This document shows, piece by piece, positions 60,628 through 63,247 of a stretch of DNA of 63,247 bases. Source of the DNA: Macrostomum lignano (Eukaryota); NCBI GenBank assembly GCA_002269645.1, contig NIVC01000235.1:1-63247 (forward strand), written 5' to 3'. The position numbers and the translations under genes were made by a program. Under the pieces are notes generated by a model. It searched no databases. It saw only the letters and a program-made list of their open reading frames with translations, and had not been told where the DNA came from. Each line of letters opens with the position of its first letter. Positions within the stretch are counted from its first letter, which is position 1.

Positions 60628-61577
60628 TCAGCCGACCTTCATCATCTGGTAGAGATTCTGGATCTGCTTCATCGACATTGTGCCTGAGTGCCGCTTCCTG
60701 GCCAGGTGCTGCTGCAGCAGGCGGCGCAGCAGCTGTTCCCATTCCTGCTGCTGGAGAGTGGGAGAGAAGCTGACGTTGATCATTCAGGTTGTAAAGATCT
60801 TACTGTGCTACTCTCGAGTAGCGAATAGAGAGAATTTTTTCAAGCAGCAGAACGATGCTTCTTGCGAAACATTTGCTAATCAGTAATTATTAATTTGCTT
60901 CAGTTTGCTATTTTCTATTGCATATAGCGGCTGGCTCAACAAAAGGATTTACAATAAATTCTGATATTTTTTCTAAGGCTCATTAAAATAATTATACATT
61001 CTATTGTAATAATAATAATTCATATGCAGGATAGACGGGAGGTGAGGCAATTCTGCTCATTCCGCTCAGTCCCCGTGAGCACATACTCATACAAGCGCGC
61101 CAACACTAGCGCAGGCACGCTAAACGATTTGGAAGATGCGATTCAAGACATGAGATTTCAGCTGATGAATTACGGGGAATGGAATTTTGGCGATAGGAGT
61201 TCTTCCCCTTTCTCCTCCGAAGGAGGAGTTCCACTCGTATGATAAAAATCCTCTGTCTGCAATTGATTTCTCAGTGTCTATATTCACTACTAGCTAGTAG
61301 GCGGGTCTGCGCATGGCTGCGATTTCTTTCTTTCTTTCATGGGTGCGATGCAGATGTTTCATACAAATCTTACGCTAATGCGCCTGTCCTCATCATCCAG
61401 GGTCGGGGCGGCAAACGCCTCATCGGCAGCTGCGCCAGCTTCATCCTCGGCGGCCTCCGGCATGGACTCGGGCGCCAGAGCGGCTTCGGCCTCGGCAACG
61501 GACTTTGAAGGCGCGGCCGCGGCAGCGAGAACCAGCGGCAGCAGCAGCAGCAGCGAGCGGCAGGTTGGCTTCAGCAT
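60628..61577 (-). CDS. Secreted neuropeptide / peptide-hormone precursor (108 aa, 2 exons)
   Basis: Exon 61577-61374 signal peptide MLKPTCRSLLLLLPLVLAAAAAP plus acidic spacer; donor |GTAAGA; acceptor CTTCTCTCCCACTCTCCAG|; exon 60750-60628 QQEWEQLLRRLLQQHLARKR-HSGTMSMKQIQNLYQMMKV-G*. Confidence 0.78.
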
Positions 61578-62039
61578 TGCCGATCTCGAATTGGGGATTT
61601 GGGGGTCTGTGGCTCAGCGTGGTTCCGAGTTCGAATCGCGTCAGGATCAATCGCACCAAAACACAACACCATCGTTCCAGTCTGCATCACCGCCCAGCTT
61701 CAGCAAGTCTCCCCTAATCGATACTTGGAGATGCAAAAGAAAAGCAATTTGGGAAGTGGAGCTCATTTCCAACAGAAGCAATGGTAATTGATTGAATCCG
61801 CTGAAAGGGGCAACTGTTTGATTCTCTTTGATCTTCTCTATCGGCTGAGCAGCTGGATCGACCTTCACTTGTAGTTTTACTACTTCGGATCCACAGGCCT
61901 TCCAGATTTTTTTCTTTTTTTCTTTTTCCAGATTTTGTCTGCACATTGTTCCATCTCAATTATACCAAGTCTAAAATATCCCTCGTTCCTTATCCCTTAT
62001 CTCTACCCCTATTTTCGATCCCTTTATCCCTATTTTGAA

Positions 62040-62290
62040 TCTCTTATCCCATATTCCTGATCCCCAATCCCATATCCATTATCCCATATCCCATATCCCA
62101 TATCCCATATCCCATATCCCATATCCCTATCCCATATCCAATATCCCATATCCCTTATCCCATATCCCTTATCCCATAGCCAATATCCCATATCCCATAT
62201 CCCATATCCCATATCCATATCCATATCCATATCCATATCCCATATCCATCCAATATCCATATCCATTATCCTATATCCTTATCCTATATC
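62040..62290. repeat. (TATCCCA)n / (TATCCA)n microsatellite
   Basis: Read directly. Confidence 0.93.
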
Positions 62291-63037
62291 CCTTATACTT
62301 TATTCCTGGTTCGCTGTCTCCCTCCTGTTTCCATTGCAGCATCACTAATGCGACCCCTAGAGCACCTCCGACCTACAAGCCACGCAGATTCCAAATGCAA
62401 ATCTTTGATTCGGTCTGTCCGAACTTTGAACAGTGGAGCACCGGCATGCCCGCAGCTTGTGCAGTCAAAGCGAACATTTCAAGAAGAGAGTAATTGGAAT
62501 TCTGGCTGGCAGAATTCGTTGCTGAAGCTCTTCTTCGTGAATGTTACCCGAGGTGCCAAGCCCCAAGCCCCCAGGCGCGTCTGTGTGTGCTTTGCAAAGT
62601 CGAATAAAAGACCTCCTGTCTCAAAGACTTACCAGGAAAGTTTAACCCGTCAAGAATTACGATTTCTTCAGAGCTGCTTGAGAAGACGGGGATCCTGACT
62701 CTCGGATTCTTAGCAAATTCTTCGGAGCAGAAGAGAGAGACAGAAATGCCTCTCAATTTCAGCTTTTATGCGGAATTTTAGAGACGTCAGTCGGCTCCTC
62801 TGGCTGACCAATCAGAGGCCAGTTGGGTCCGTCGGGTTTTCAGTTTTCCTTCTGCTAAAAATGTGAAGTCGACTTCGGCGCCACCTAATCTGTCACTGTC
62901 GGTAGGTTTTAGCAGCAAATATTGACTGGGACCGCACCGTTCCAGCCCTCCAGCTGCTCAGCTGATGCGGCTGCTTAGCGAAGGATGAACTGCTGCTCGT
63001 CTTGGAGCGAATTATGAGGGCGAAAAATGAGAGGATG

Positions 63038-63247
63038 AGAATGAAGGGAGGACGGTGAAGAATGAAGGGAGCACAGGGAAGAATGAAGGGAGCACAGAGA
63101 AGAATGAAGGAAGCACAGAGAAGAATGAAGGGAGGACAGTGAAGAATGAAGGAAAGACAGGGAAGAATGAAGGAAGGATGGTGAAGAATGAAGGAGCACA
63201 GCAGAAGAATGAAGGGAGCACAGGGAAGAATGACGGAAGCACAGGGA
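63038..63247. repeat. 21-bp tandem repeat running off the window end
   Basis: Unit AGAATGAAGGGAGCACAGGGA. Confidence 0.9.

Noticed and set aside
62030-62756. ORFs near the window end
   Set aside because: Partly microsatellite-derived; the remainder has no recognisable motif

Overview
Eukaryotic (animal) genomic DNA with GT-AG introns, GC-rich exons and about 20 unrelated tandem-repeat arrays. The repeat load and composition resemble a free-living flatworm such as Macrostomum; that is an inference only. Most long ORFs in the supplied track are artefacts of tandem repeats or antisense frames. Spliced genes reconstructed by hand with consistent intron phases: (1) a 7-exon PDZ + ZM-motif (Zasp/ALP-type, no LIM) gene on + (16177-23230); (2) an 18-exon TRPC cation channel on - (40280-27823) with one 1-nt frameshift, a GC-AG intron and candidate cassette exons; (3) an uncharacterised multi-exon gene on + (about 53878-57217); (4) a 2-exon secreted peptide precursor on - (61577-60628) predicting the amidated peptide HSGTMSMKQIQNLYQMMKV-NH2, whose mature peptide is not in the ORF track. 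There are also fragments of further genes (6933-7246; 48442-50771). Mobile DNA: a dead mariner, a 5'-truncated RT+RNase H LINE with a perfect 13-bp target-site duplication, a tRNA/CORE-like SINE, and two complementary Crypton-like tyrosine-recombinase remnants. Both remnants are tied to a strongly over-represented GTCTATGG/CCATAGAC motif. The best leads are this Crypton-like element family and the peptide precursor.
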